Shown piece by piece: positions 9,335-18,749 of a stretch of 64,000 nt of DNA (within the stretch, counting starts at the first letter, position 1; the number at the start of each line of letters is the position of its first letter). The notes beneath the pieces are model-generated. The model saw only the letters and a list, made by a program, of their open reading frames with translations, was not told where the DNA came from and made no database searches. Source of the DNA: Desulfatiglandales bacterium (GTDB lineage Bacteria; Desulfobacterota; DSM-4660; Desulfatiglandales; HGW-15); the NCBI GenBank assembly GCA_963667015.2, contig CAXXJJ010000001.1, positions 576,001-640,000 of the forward strand, given 5' to 3'. The position numbers were made by a program, and so were the translations under genes.

Positions 9335-11815
9335 ATGTTATTAAACTACATCAAAATAGCAATTAGAAACATACTCAGAAACAAGCTTCATTCTTTTATC
9401 AATATTTTGGGACTGTCAATAGGTCTTGCCTGCACTATTTTGATTCTACTATATGTGCTGGATGAGTTTTCATATGACCGCTATAACTCTAAAAGTGACC
9501 GCATATATATTGCAGAGACAATTTATAATAATGGCATTGCCTCCCCCTGGACAGCAGTTCTCCTGGGAAAGGCCCTGGAAAATGAATATCCTGTTGTTGA
9601 AGAGACTGCCAGAATCTATTCTCCGGGAAGAATTTCCTTTATTGATCAGAAAAACGAAGTGATAAGAGAAGATTATATCTATTGTGCTGATACTGAGATT
9701 TTTAGCATTTTTGATTATCAATTCATATATGGTTCCCCGGAGCATGTCCTTGATTCACCTCATACAATAGTTCTAAGCGAGAAACTCGCAAAAAAATATT
9801 TTGGCAGCCAGAATCCTGTTGGTAGGATTCTTAGTCGTTATGGTGGGATTGATTATAAGGTCAAAGGGGTATTTAAAGATTTACCAAGGAATGTTTCCTT
9901 CCCTCATGACGGATTGATTTCAATGTATGATTACAGGGAAATGGTTGGACCTGAGCAATTCAGGCGCTACACCTCCAATTATACTTTTGCCGAAGTTAGT
10001 ACTTTTATTCTTCTAAAAGAAAAAAGTGATGTGAAAGTATTATTGGACGATTTAAAACGCTTTAAGGCCAAGTATATGCCCGGCCTTGCTCAAAGAACAG
10101 ACTTGGACCTGAATCTCAATTATAAACTCCTTACGGATTATCATCTTGGTGATATCGTTTCCTATGATTTGAATATAACAAGGCTTGAACGTATTTATTT
10201 TATAACAGCGCTCGGATTTCTTATCCTTATCATTGCATGTATCAATTATATGAATCTTGCTACTGCGAGATCTATGGGAAGGGCAAAAGAGGTAGGTGTA
10301 AGAAAAGTCCTTGGCGCGAACAGGGGATCTTTAATAAGGCAGTTTTTAAGCGAGTCTGTCATTATTACAATTTTTGCCATGTTGATTGCCATTGCTCTTG
10401 CTGAAATTCTGCTGCCTTCCTTAAACAATCTGGTATCTCTAAAATTAAGTATAATTGCTTCGGATGCCGTCGCACTGTTTACAAGTGTCCTAATTATAAT
10501 ATTAATTACAGGGATAGCTGCAGGGAGTTACCCGGCTGTATTTTTATCAAAATATTCCCCGGCAATAGTGCTTGGGAAAAGTTCCGGGGCTAGAGCCGGC
10601 AAAGGTCTTATGAGAAAAGTGCTCGTAATTATCCAGTATTCCATATCAATTATAATGATTTTCTGCATAACGCTTTCTTTAAAGCAAATGAACTATGTCG
10701 CAAAAATAGATCCTGGATTTAATATGGAAAATGTTTTTTGTGTGCTTTCTGGCAACGATGAAGGAAGAAGGTTAATCCCGGTTCTGAAAGATACTCTTTC
10801 CAAATACACCGGAGTATCAGGAACAGCAATGACCTCCTTAATGTTAGAATCGATTAATAGCTCGTCAGGTAGTCCGGTATACACATGCAAAGTGGAAGGT
10901 CCGAAGGGTGAACTGATAGAACAAAAAACAAAACTTGGGAAAGTAGATAGTAATTATATTAACCTCATGGAGATGGAAATAATTGAGGGTCGATCTTTTA
11001 AAATTGATGATGGACAAAACAATCATGGGGAAGTGTTAATCAATGAGGCTTTTGTAAAATCCCTGGGGTGGAATGAATCAGTTATTGGAAAACAGATAGT
11101 AATTGATGACAGCCGAACTAATGTAGGAGGTTTTTCAGGTGAGATAAGAGTAATAACATTTAATGGTATTTATACTGTTGCAGGAGTTGTAAAAGATATC
11201 CGATCCGATCCTCTTTATAATCGTGTTCAACCTTTAATAATTATACCCGAAAATAAGGGCAATACAGATATTGCAGATATTTTGACCATTAAAGTGAACC
11301 CCGATAGATTAAATGAAACGATTAAATATATTAAAAAGAATATGTTTGAAATTTATCCTTCCGACCGCTTTGCCTTGCTATTATTATCGCTGGAAGAAGA
11401 TTTCAATAAAAAATATCAAACAGAAAAAATGGTGAACAGTTTTCTTATCTGGTCCGCGTTTCTGTGTGTTTCCATTTCTTGTCTTGGCCTTTTCGGTCTT
11501 TCCTCATTTATAGCAGAGAACAAAACAAAGGAGATCGGTATACGAAAGGTAAATGGTGCCTCAGTAAAAAGCATAGTGATTACTCTGACAGGACAATTTT
11601 TAAAGCTTGTATTTTTATCAAGTCTAATAGCGTACCCGATTGCCTATTATATAATGAGCAGATGGTTTGAAAATTTTGTTTTAAGGGTTGGAATGGGACC
11701 ATGGGATTTCATTTTTGCCATATGTATTGCAGTGGTTATCGCATGGCTGACTGTGAGTTATCATTCAATAAAAGCCGCTATGGCTGATCCGGTTAAGGCG
11801 CTTAGGTATGAGTAA
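9335..11815 (+). CDS. ABC transporter permease 1 (two MacB-PCD/FtsX halves)
   Basis: IACINYMNLATARS..RAKEVGVRK, ISCLGLFGL...KTKEIGIRK, C-terminal DPVKALRYE. Confidence 0.92.
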   Translation: MLLNYIKIAIRNILRNKLHSFINILGLSIGLACTILILLYVLDEFSYDRYNSKSDRIYIAETIYNNGIASPWTAVLLGKALENEYPVVEETARIYSPGRISFIDQKNEVIREDYIYCADTEIFSIFDYQFIYGSPEHVLDSPHTIVLSEKLAKKYFGSQNPVGRILSRYGGIDYKVKGVFKDLPRNVSFPHDGLISMYDYREMVGPEQFRRYTSNYTFAEVSTFILLKEKSDVKVLLDDLKRFKAKYMPGLAQRTDLDLNLNYKLLTDYHLGDIVSYDLNITRLERIYFITALGFLILIIACINYMNLATARSMGRAKEVGVRKVLGANRGSLIRQFLSESVIITIFAMLIAIALAEILLPSLNNLVSLKLSIIASDAVALFTSVLIIILITGIAAGSYPAVFLSKYSPAIVLGKSSGARAGKGLMRKVLVIIQYSISIIMIFCITLSLKQMNYVAKIDPGFNMENVFCVLSGNDEGRRLIPVLKDTLSKYTGVSGTAMTSLMLESINSSSGSPVYTCKVEGPKGELIEQKTKLGKVDSNYINLMEMEIIEGRSFKIDDGQNNHGEVLINEAFVKSLGWNESVIGKQIVIDDSRTNVGGFSGEIRVITFNGIYTVAGVVKDIRSDPLYNRVQPLIIIPENKGNTDIADILTIKVNPDRLNETIKYIKKNMFEIYPSDRFALLLLSLEEDFNKKYQTEKMVNSFLIWSAFLCVSISCLGLFGLSSFIAENKTKEIGIRKVNGASVKSIVITLTGQFLKLVFLSSLIAYPIAYYIMSRWFENFVLRVGMGPWDFIFAICIAVVIAWLTVSYHSIKAAMADPVKALRYE

Positions 11816-11819
11816 AAAC

Positions 11820-11897
11820 AGGCTAAAGCAGTATAGACTGAAGGCTGTTAGGAAAAACAAAATAACTAATAGTCTTCAGCCTAAAACGCTTCAGTCT
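11820..11897. repeat. 15-nt-period (7+8) AGGCTGA hairpin
   Basis: AGGCTAAAGCAGTATAGACTGAAGGCTGTTAG pairs with CTAATAGTCTTCAGCCTAAAACGCTTCAGTCT. Confidence 0.7.
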
Positions 11898-11935
11898 ATT
11901 AGCAATAAACAACATACAACGGGCAACAAACAATT

Positions 11936-14392
11936 ATGCTCCTGAACTACATCAAAATAGCCATTAGACATATCCTGAGAAACAAGCTCTATTCAATAAT
12001 CAACATCCTCGGTTTATCCATTGGTATGGCATGTACAATTCTGCTGTTCCTTTTCATCCGGGATGAACTTTCCTGGGACAAGTATCATTCAAAACATGAT
12101 CGGATTTATATGGTCCAGACATGTGTCAAATCAGAAACTGAAGAAAAATACGGTATTTATTCTCCACTTGCATTAGGTCCGGCATTAAAAGATGAATATC
12201 CTGTTATAGAGGAAAGTGTCAGGACATACAGATCAGGAGGCCTTCAGTTAATTGAACCAAAGGGTGAAGTTATTACTGAAAATGGCATTTACTATGCCGA
12301 TCCGGGTATATTTCGGGTCTTTGATTTTGAATTCATCTATGGTGCGCCTGACGGAACTCTTGATTCCCCAGATACAATTGTACTAAGCCGCTCACTTGCC
12401 GAAAAATATTTTGGGGATGAAAACCCGGTCGGCAAGATAATTAAAAGAAATACCGGCAGTGCCTTCAGGGTGAAGGGTGTATATGAAGACCTTCCACGAA
12501 ATTCTTTCAGACAATACAGGGGACTGATAAGCATCAAAAATCTGAAGGAATTATTCGGAAATGAAGATTTCCAGGGTGACAGAACTCCAGAAGCTTTTTT
12601 TTCACGTATAGGGTCTATCTATACGTATATTCTTCTCTCTGAAAACGCTTCAATAGAAAGCATTACATCCGATTTAAACCGTTTTAAAGAAAAATATTAT
12701 GCAGAACTTGGAAGAAAAACCGGCAGGGAACTGGAAGCAGTTTTTGTACCTCTGGACAGGGTTTATCTTCAGGGCGGGGCGCCTCCGGGCACAGCTTCTC
12801 CTGTACTGAACCGTATCTACATTTTATCTGCATTAGCTCTGTTTATACTAATAATTGCCTGTATTAATTATATGAATCTTACAACTGCAAGCTCTGCAGG
12901 CAGGGCAAAGGAAGTGGGAGTGAGAAAAACTCTCGGAGCTGATAGAGCATCCCTTACACGGCTTTATTTAAGTGAATCCATGATGACTTCCATGATTGCG
13001 CTTATAATTTCACTCGTAATTGTAGAGCTTTTTTTATCCCCATTCAATGACCTCACAAATAAACAAATAGTCTTTAGTGCCTTCGGAGATTCGGACATAT
13101 TGACAGGATTGGCAGTTATCCTGCTGACAGTCGGTCTTTTGTCAGGCAGCTACCCGGCCTTTGCCCTGTCTTCATATAATCCGGCAGAAGTCATTAAAGG
13201 GGAGGTTAAATTGAAAACCGGAAGAGATCTGCTGAGAAAATCTCTTGTCATTGTTCAGTTTGCTATTTCCATTTCAGTTATTACAAGTGCAATGCTGCTC
13301 AGCGATCAGATGGATTATATCAGGCATATGGACCTGGGTTTTAATAAGGAGAACATCCTTACATTAATGCCTGGAAGTGAAAAGTTTACGCCGGGCGATT
13401 CAAGTGAAAACGGCAGGACGAACACCTTCATGAACGAGATCAGGAGCGACAGCAACATACTTTCAGTCACCCGGTCTTCAGTTTCTACTGCTGCGCTTGG
13501 TATCTGGACAACCAATGGTAAGGTAGAAGACTCAAAGGGTGAAATGATAAGTAAAATATTCCATTATACATTTATTGACTATGACTATATTGACCTTATG
13601 CAGATGAAGATTCTGCAGGGCCGGTCCTTCAGCCGGGAGATGGATACTGACGAAAGTTCGGCAGTTATTGTTAATGAAACCTTTGTAAACCAGGTGGGGT
13701 GTGGTGATTCTGCAATTGGAAAAAAGATAATCGTTGGTGAAGAACAAAATGTAAAGGTGATTGGTGTTTTAAAGGATTTTTATTTTCAGTCCCTGCACAA
13801 TGAAATAGCTCCACAGGTTATGATCCTGGATACGGATGCGAGCCAGATAGTGATGCCTGTTATTAGCGTGAAACTAAGACCAGAAAATCGAAATGAAGCT
13901 ATGGAATTTATCGAGTCTAAATGGCGTAAAATTTACCCTATGGAGCCTTTTGAATACACCTATCTGGAAGACAGGATAGAAAATCAGTACATGAATGAAG
14001 AACATCTGATTATTGTTTTTAATTATTTCCTGTATCTCTGTATTTCCATCTCATGCCTTGGTCTCTTTGCATTGTCCTCTTTTATTGCTGAGAAAAAAAC
14101 CAAAGAAATAGGAATCCGTAAAATCCATGGTGCTTCTGTGCTTGAAATTACATATAAGCTGGCTTTTGATTTTATTAAACTGGTAATCATATCAGGTGTA
14201 ATAGCATGTCCGATAGCTTATTACATAATGGAGGAATATCTTTCAAGCCTTTTTCTGTACAGGACAGCTGCAGATCCATGGATATTTATAGTTACAGCGT
14301 GCATAGCGATAATTATAGCTCTTGTTACGATCAGTTTCCATGTAGTCAGGGCTGCCATGGCAGATCCGGTTAAGGCGCTTCGATACGAATAG
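11936..14392 (+). CDS. ABC transporter permease 2 (MacB/FtsX-like)
   Basis: Same motifs as permease 1; ends DPVKALRYE. Confidence 0.92.
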   Translation: MLLNYIKIAIRHILRNKLYSIINILGLSIGMACTILLFLFIRDELSWDKYHSKHDRIYMVQTCVKSETEEKYGIYSPLALGPALKDEYPVIEESVRTYRSGGLQLIEPKGEVITENGIYYADPGIFRVFDFEFIYGAPDGTLDSPDTIVLSRSLAEKYFGDENPVGKIIKRNTGSAFRVKGVYEDLPRNSFRQYRGLISIKNLKELFGNEDFQGDRTPEAFFSRIGSIYTYILLSENASIESITSDLNRFKEKYYAELGRKTGRELEAVFVPLDRVYLQGGAPPGTASPVLNRIYILSALALFILIIACINYMNLTTASSAGRAKEVGVRKTLGADRASLTRLYLSESMMTSMIALIISLVIVELFLSPFNDLTNKQIVFSAFGDSDILTGLAVILLTVGLLSGSYPAFALSSYNPAEVIKGEVKLKTGRDLLRKSLVIVQFAISISVITSAMLLSDQMDYIRHMDLGFNKENILTLMPGSEKFTPGDSSENGRTNTFMNEIRSDSNILSVTRSSVSTAALGIWTTNGKVEDSKGEMISKIFHYTFIDYDYIDLMQMKILQGRSFSREMDTDESSAVIVNETFVNQVGCGDSAIGKKIIVGEEQNVKVIGVLKDFYFQSLHNEIAPQVMILDTDASQIVMPVISVKLRPENRNEAMEFIESKWRKIYPMEPFEYTYLEDRIENQYMNEEHLIIVFNYFLYLCISISCLGLFALSSFIAEKKTKEIGIRKIHGASVLEITYKLAFDFIKLVIISGVIACPIAYYIMEEYLSSLFLYRTAADPWIFIVTACIAIIIALVTISFHVVRAAMADPVKALRYE

Positions 14393-14398
14393 AAAGGA

Positions 14399-14485
14399 TG
14401 AACGCCCAACATTGAACTTTCAACATCCAATGTTGAATGAAAAGAAAAAAGAAAAGACTGGATTCCGGATCAGGTCCGGAATGAC
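14399..14485 (+). repeat. Composite repeat: AAC heptamer array, A-rich spacer and ATTCCGGA palindrome (copy 1)
   Basis: AACGCCC AACATTG AACTTTC AACATCC AATGTTG AATGAAA ... GACTGGATTCCGGATCAGGTCCGGAATGAC. Confidence 0.8.
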
Positions 14486-14520
14486 GATATAAAACAAACA
14501 AATAAACAGGAGATCAAAAA

Positions 14521-15198
14521 ATGATTCAGACAAGCAACTTAAAGAAGATTTATCGGACAGAGGAAGTGGAAACAACAGCACTGGATAATGTGAACCTGAA
14601 TGTGGATGAGGGAGAGTTTGTTGCAATCATGGGTCCTTCAGGATGCGGAAAATCTACACTGCTCAATATCCTTGGACTCCTGGATAATCCTTCAGAAGGA
14701 TCTTACAATTTCCTGGGGCATGAGGTTGCAGGAAGATCAGAAAGGCAGAGAGCAGATCTCAGGAAGGGCAATATAGGTTTTGTGTTTCAGAGTTTTAACC
14801 TTATCGATGAACTCACAGTATACGAAAACATTGAGCTTCCGCTCCTGTATTTAAAGACGCCTGCAAAGGAAAGAAAGGAAAAGGTAAATGAGGCAATGGA
14901 ACAGATGAAGATGACACACAGGCAGGGCCATTTTCCACAGCAGCTTTCAGGTGGTCAGCAGCAGAGGGTGGCGGTTGCCAGGGCAATAGTAGGAAAGCCG
15001 AAACTTATACTTGCTGATGAGCCTACCGGTAATCTTGACTCCAGCAATGGTGATGAAGTTATGGGGCTTTTGTCAAGTCTGCATGAACAGGGCACAAGTA
15101 TAATCATGGTAACTCACTCCCCGACATACGCAGAATATGCCCAGAGGATTATCAACCTTTTTGACGGGCATGTTGTTGGGGAGAATATGGCAGCGTAA
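14521..15198 (+). CDS. ABC transporter ATP-binding protein (MacB/LolD family)
   Basis: Walker A GPSGCGKS, GFVFQSFNL, LSGGQQQR, ILADEPTGNLD; SD AGGAG. Confidence 0.95.
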   Translation: MIQTSNLKKIYRTEEVETTALDNVNLNVDEGEFVAIMGPSGCGKSTLLNILGLLDNPSEGSYNFLGHEVAGRSERQRADLRKGNIGFVFQSFNLIDELTVYENIELPLLYLKTPAKERKEKVNEAMEQMKMTHRQGHFPQQLSGGQQQRVAVARAIVGKPKLILADEPTGNLDSSNGDEVMGLLSSLHEQGTSIIMVTHSPTYAEYAQRIINLFDGHVVGENMAA

Positions 15199-15203
15199 AA
15201 GAT

Positions 15204-15393
15204 AGAAGTCAGAAATCAGTAGCCAGAAGTCAGTGATCAAAAACCAATACTGAACCGCAAAGATACAAAGAACGCTAAGTTATTGTTTTAATAAGGCTGG
15301 ACATTTTCAGGATTTTGTTTTCTTTAAATCCTGAAAAATAAATAACCCCTTTGCGAGCTTTGCGTCTTGAGAGAGCGCAGCAAGCGGGCGGTT
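15204..15393. repeat. AG heptamer array followed by an 8/9-mer GCAAAG/CTTTGC hairpin
   Basis: AGAAGTC AGAAATC AGTAGCC AGAAGTC AGTGATC; AACCGCAAAG ATACAAAG AACGCTAAG ... CTTTGCGAG CTTTGCGTC ... GCGGTT. Confidence 0.65.
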
Positions 15394-15418
15394 AAATATT
15401 TTAATTCGGAGATTTAAT

Positions 15419-16693
15419 TTGGATCGAAAAATTGAAAAAAAAGGAATACCTCTTAAAAGACTTATCCCTCTTATTGCAGTTGTTCTTATAATAGCTTTTT
15501 TGGCCTTTGAGGTGATCTCCCGGTCAGGAACAACCAGGCTTAAAGTCCCTTCGGGCAGGATGACGATATCAGAGGTTAAATATGGAGAGTTTCAGGAATA
15601 CTATCCCTTTGACGGTGTAGTTGTGCCAGTTACTTCCGTGTACCTGGATGTGGACCGGGGTGGAAGGGTAGAAGAGATTTATGCTGAAGGCGGCAAATTT
15701 ATAAATAAAGGAGACCCTATTCTTCGTTTTTCTAACCCGAGCCTGCAGCAGCAGCTCATTACCAGTGAAACAGGCCTGCTTGAAAACCTGGACACCTACC
15801 AGAATACCCAGCTGAATCTGGCCCAGCAGAAAACAACCAGGGAAGAGGCCTTGCTGCAGTTGAAACACACGCTGAGCGGTCTGGAAAGGAAGTATAAACG
15901 ATACGAAGTGTTGAAAAAGGAAAATATCGTAATCTCTGAAGAGGAGTATCAGCAGGTAATAGATGATCTGGAATTAAATAGGGCCAGGTTGAAGCTAAAG
16001 ATAGAGTCGAATAAAAGAGATGATCTCCTGAGTGAAAGACAGCTTGAGAAGGCAAACAACGCCATTGAGCGTATCACCCTGGGTCTGGAGCTTATTGAGA
16101 AACAGATGGAAAGCCTTGAGCTCAAGGCGCCGATATCAGGACAGCTTTCGAGCATAAACGCAGAGATTGGACAAAATATTAACCCTGGTATGCGAATTGG
16201 ACAGATAGACATTCTGGACAAGCTTAAGATTAATGCAGGAATAGATCAGTATTACAATGCCAAGGTTGCTGTAGGCACAAAAGGAAAATTCACTCTCGAC
16301 GGGCAGAAGTATGAAGTGGAAGTGATAAAAATATATCCGGAGGTCCTGAACAATCAGTTTAAAGTGGATATGGCATTTGTTGGCGCCCCTCCTGAAGGAG
16401 TTAAACGCGGCCAGACGCTGACCACAGAACTGAGCTTCAGCGAACCCGGGCAAAGCCTTATGGTTAAAAAGGGCGGTTTTTATCAGCAGACAAGCGGTCG
16501 ATGGGCCTACATTATTTCGGAAGACGGAAAGACCGCACACCGGATTGACATGCGCCTTGGCCGGCAGAATCCGCGATATGTTGAGGTCCTTGAAGGACTT
16601 AATGAAGGGGACTGGGTAATCACATCCGGTTATGACACATTCAAGGAAGCGGATGAGCTGATATTTGATGAAGCGGTGAAACTAAAAGAGTGA
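15419..16693 (+). CDS. Efflux periplasmic adaptor (MacA/HlyD-family membrane fusion protein)
   Basis: TTG start MDRKIEKK, N-terminal TM helix, GGRVEEIY, long coiled coil, LKAPISG, VEVLEGL. Confidence 0.9.
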   Translation: MDRKIEKKGIPLKRLIPLIAVVLIIAFLAFEVISRSGTTRLKVPSGRMTISEVKYGEFQEYYPFDGVVVPVTSVYLDVDRGGRVEEIYAEGGKFINKGDPILRFSNPSLQQQLITSETGLLENLDTYQNTQLNLAQQKTTREEALLQLKHTLSGLERKYKRYEVLKKENIVISEEEYQQVIDDLELNRARLKLKIESNKRDDLLSERQLEKANNAIERITLGLELIEKQMESLELKAPISGQLSSINAEIGQNINPGMRIGQIDILDKLKINAGIDQYYNAKVAVGTKGKFTLDGQKYEVEVIKIYPEVLNNQFKVDMAFVGAPPEGVKRGQTLTTELSFSEPGQSLMVKKGGFYQQTSGRWAYIISEDGKTAHRIDMRLGRQNPRYVEVLEGLNEGDWVITSGYDTFKEADELIFDEAVKLKE

Positions 16694-16778
16694 ACGTCCA
16701 ACATCGAACTTCGAACATCGAATGATGAATGAAAAGCAAAGAAGAAAAGACTGGATTCCGGATCAAGTCCGGAATGAC
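16691..16778 (+). repeat. Composite repeat: AAC heptamer array, A-rich spacer and ATTCCGGA palindrome (copy 2)
   Basis: AACGTCC AACATCG AACTTCG AACATCG AATGATG AATGAAA ... GACTGGATTCCGGATCAAGTCCGGAATGAC. Confidence 0.8.
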
Positions 16779-16877
16779 AGACTAAAACATAAAAGCACTA
16801 ATCGTTATTCCCCGGCTTTCCTGTCAGGGTATATGTTGAACGTTCGTCTTTTTTAATTTTTAGGAGATACTTAATTC

Positions 16878-18530
16878 ATGTGTACAAAAGTAAAATCGAA
16901 ATTAGTTTTATATATGTTATCAGGGCTAATATTGTTGTGTTGTATTCCAGTTTCAGGGTGTTATCAATTTTTCTCCTTCAAAAACAACAACACATACAAA
17001 GAGACTCAGGAGAAACTTCAGCAAATAGACACACTGGAATTGATTGAAGCAAAAGAAGCTGAGACTGAGGTAGATAAAACAGTTAATGAGGATATGGACG
17101 AAAAAGCTCCAGCCGAAGTCAAGTTGTCTCTTGAAGAATGCCGGGCTCTCACTCTTGAAAACAACCTCGATCTCAAGGTTCAGCTGATTAACCCTGCAAT
17201 CTCGGCAGAAAATGTTACCCAGGAGGTGGCGCGTTTTGAGGCTGTTTTTACTGCCAATGCATACTATTATGAATATAACACACCGATTGCCTCATACCTT
17301 GATGAGATCTCGGGCTATAGCGGTAACACAATAAATACAGACCTTGGTGTGAAAATTCCTCTGCGATCCGGAGGAACCATAAAATTTAATCTGGTTGATG
17401 AAAAAACGAAATCGCTTAATTTAATAAACAACCCATCATTCAGCTCCGATTTTACGGCATCTATAAGTCAACCTCTTCTTCGTAACGCGGGGAGAAAAGT
17501 CAATGAGCACGGTATTCGTCTGGCTGAATATAATAAGCAGATTGTGGATTCAACGACCAAACTTGCGGTTATACGAATATTAGCCGATGTGGATCGGGCA
17601 TACTGGAACCTTTATGCCGCCAGAAGATTAATGGATGTGCGTAAACAGCAATATAATCTTGCCAGTGATCTTGCCAAACAGACGGAACGTCTCGTGGAGG
17701 TTGGGATTAATCCGGAGATTGAACTGGTTAGAACAAGGGCAGGAGTGGCTGCAAGACTAGAGGATATTATAACCGCTGAAAACAGCGTTAGAGACATGGA
17801 AAGATATCTGAAACGTGCTCTTAATAAGGTCGGCCTTGGAATGAAGACTGAAACGGAGTTAATCCTGACAACGGGTCCTGATCCTGTACGTTATAAATTT
17901 GAAAAAGAAAAAACAGTTGCAAAGGCCCTGGAAAACCGAATGGAGATGCTTGAACTTGAACTGCAGCTGGCCCGGGATAGCAGCGTTGTGGACTACAGCA
18001 GGAACAAACTTCTGCCTCTTGTGACCATGGATTATCAATATAATATGAGGGGACTCGGACCGGATAGAGGTGAATCGTATGACCTGCTGAGAGAAAATGA
18101 TTTTCATAATCATTACATAGGACTGAGTGTGAATATACCATTAGGTAATAAAGCAGCCAGGAGCCAGCTTAATCAGGCGATATATCAACGGGCCCAGCGC
18201 CTTGCCAGCAGGGAAAGCAAGGAAAAACAGATAGAATATGAGGTGCTCCAGCAGATTGATGAACTTGAATCGTGCTGGCAGCATATTATGGCAAGCCGCC
18301 AAACGACAATTCTTCGTGACCAGGAGTATAAGGCGGAAAAGCGTCAGTATGAACTGGGTATGCAGACATCCAGGGATGTACTCCAGTCTCAGACTGACCT
18401 GGCAGATGCCCAGCAAATGGAAATTTTGGCTGTTACGCAATACCAGATAGCGCTGGTTGACCTGGCCTATGCCACTGGCACATTGCTTGGGTCCGCCAGG
18501 GTGGAGTGGGAACCGATTGTGCCGGAATAG
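16878..18530 (+). CDS. TolC-family outer membrane channel (probable lipoprotein)
   Basis: LSLEEC...LENNLDL, ISQPLLRNAG, V.RAYWNL, NIPLGN, DLAYATG; signal ending VSGC. Confidence 0.9.
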   Translation: MCTKVKSKLVLYMLSGLILLCCIPVSGCYQFFSFKNNNTYKETQEKLQQIDTLELIEAKEAETEVDKTVNEDMDEKAPAEVKLSLEECRALTLENNLDLKVQLINPAISAENVTQEVARFEAVFTANAYYYEYNTPIASYLDEISGYSGNTINTDLGVKIPLRSGGTIKFNLVDEKTKSLNLINNPSFSSDFTASISQPLLRNAGRKVNEHGIRLAEYNKQIVDSTTKLAVIRILADVDRAYWNLYAARRLMDVRKQQYNLASDLAKQTERLVEVGINPEIELVRTRAGVAARLEDIITAENSVRDMERYLKRALNKVGLGMKTETELILTTGPDPVRYKFEKEKTVAKALENRMEMLELELQLARDSSVVDYSRNKLLPLVTMDYQYNMRGLGPDRGESYDLLRENDFHNHYIGLSVNIPLGNKAARSQLNQAIYQRAQRLASRESKEKQIEYEVLQQIDELESCWQHIMASRQTTILRDQEYKAEKRQYELGMQTSRDVLQSQTDLADAQQMEILAVTQYQIALVDLAYATGTLLGSARVEWEPIVPE

Positions 18531-18535
18531 AAAAA

Positions 18536-18685
18536 AGGTGTGAGGTTCGCGGCATACGGTATGCGGAAAGGCCAATTAGCGGGCATGTACTGTGCAATAA
18601 CCTTCTTGCTCCTACTCATACTCTTACTCTGTTTTTTTAAGCGAGATTAAGAGAAAGAGCAAGAGTATGAGCAAGATTATAAGAG
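18536..18685. repeat. NGG heptamer array plus 6-mer (CTCTTR/AAGAGY) hairpin
   Basis: AGGTGTG AGGTTCG CGGCATA CGGTATG CGGAAAG; TTCTTGCTCCTACTCATACTCTTACTCT ... GAGATTAAGAGAAAGAGCAAGAGTATGAGCAAGA. Confidence 0.7.
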
Positions 18686-18749
18686 GTGGGTAGGGGATTC
18701 AAAAGGATAAGGTTTTTTACAACCAACAACATACAAAGGACGACAAACG

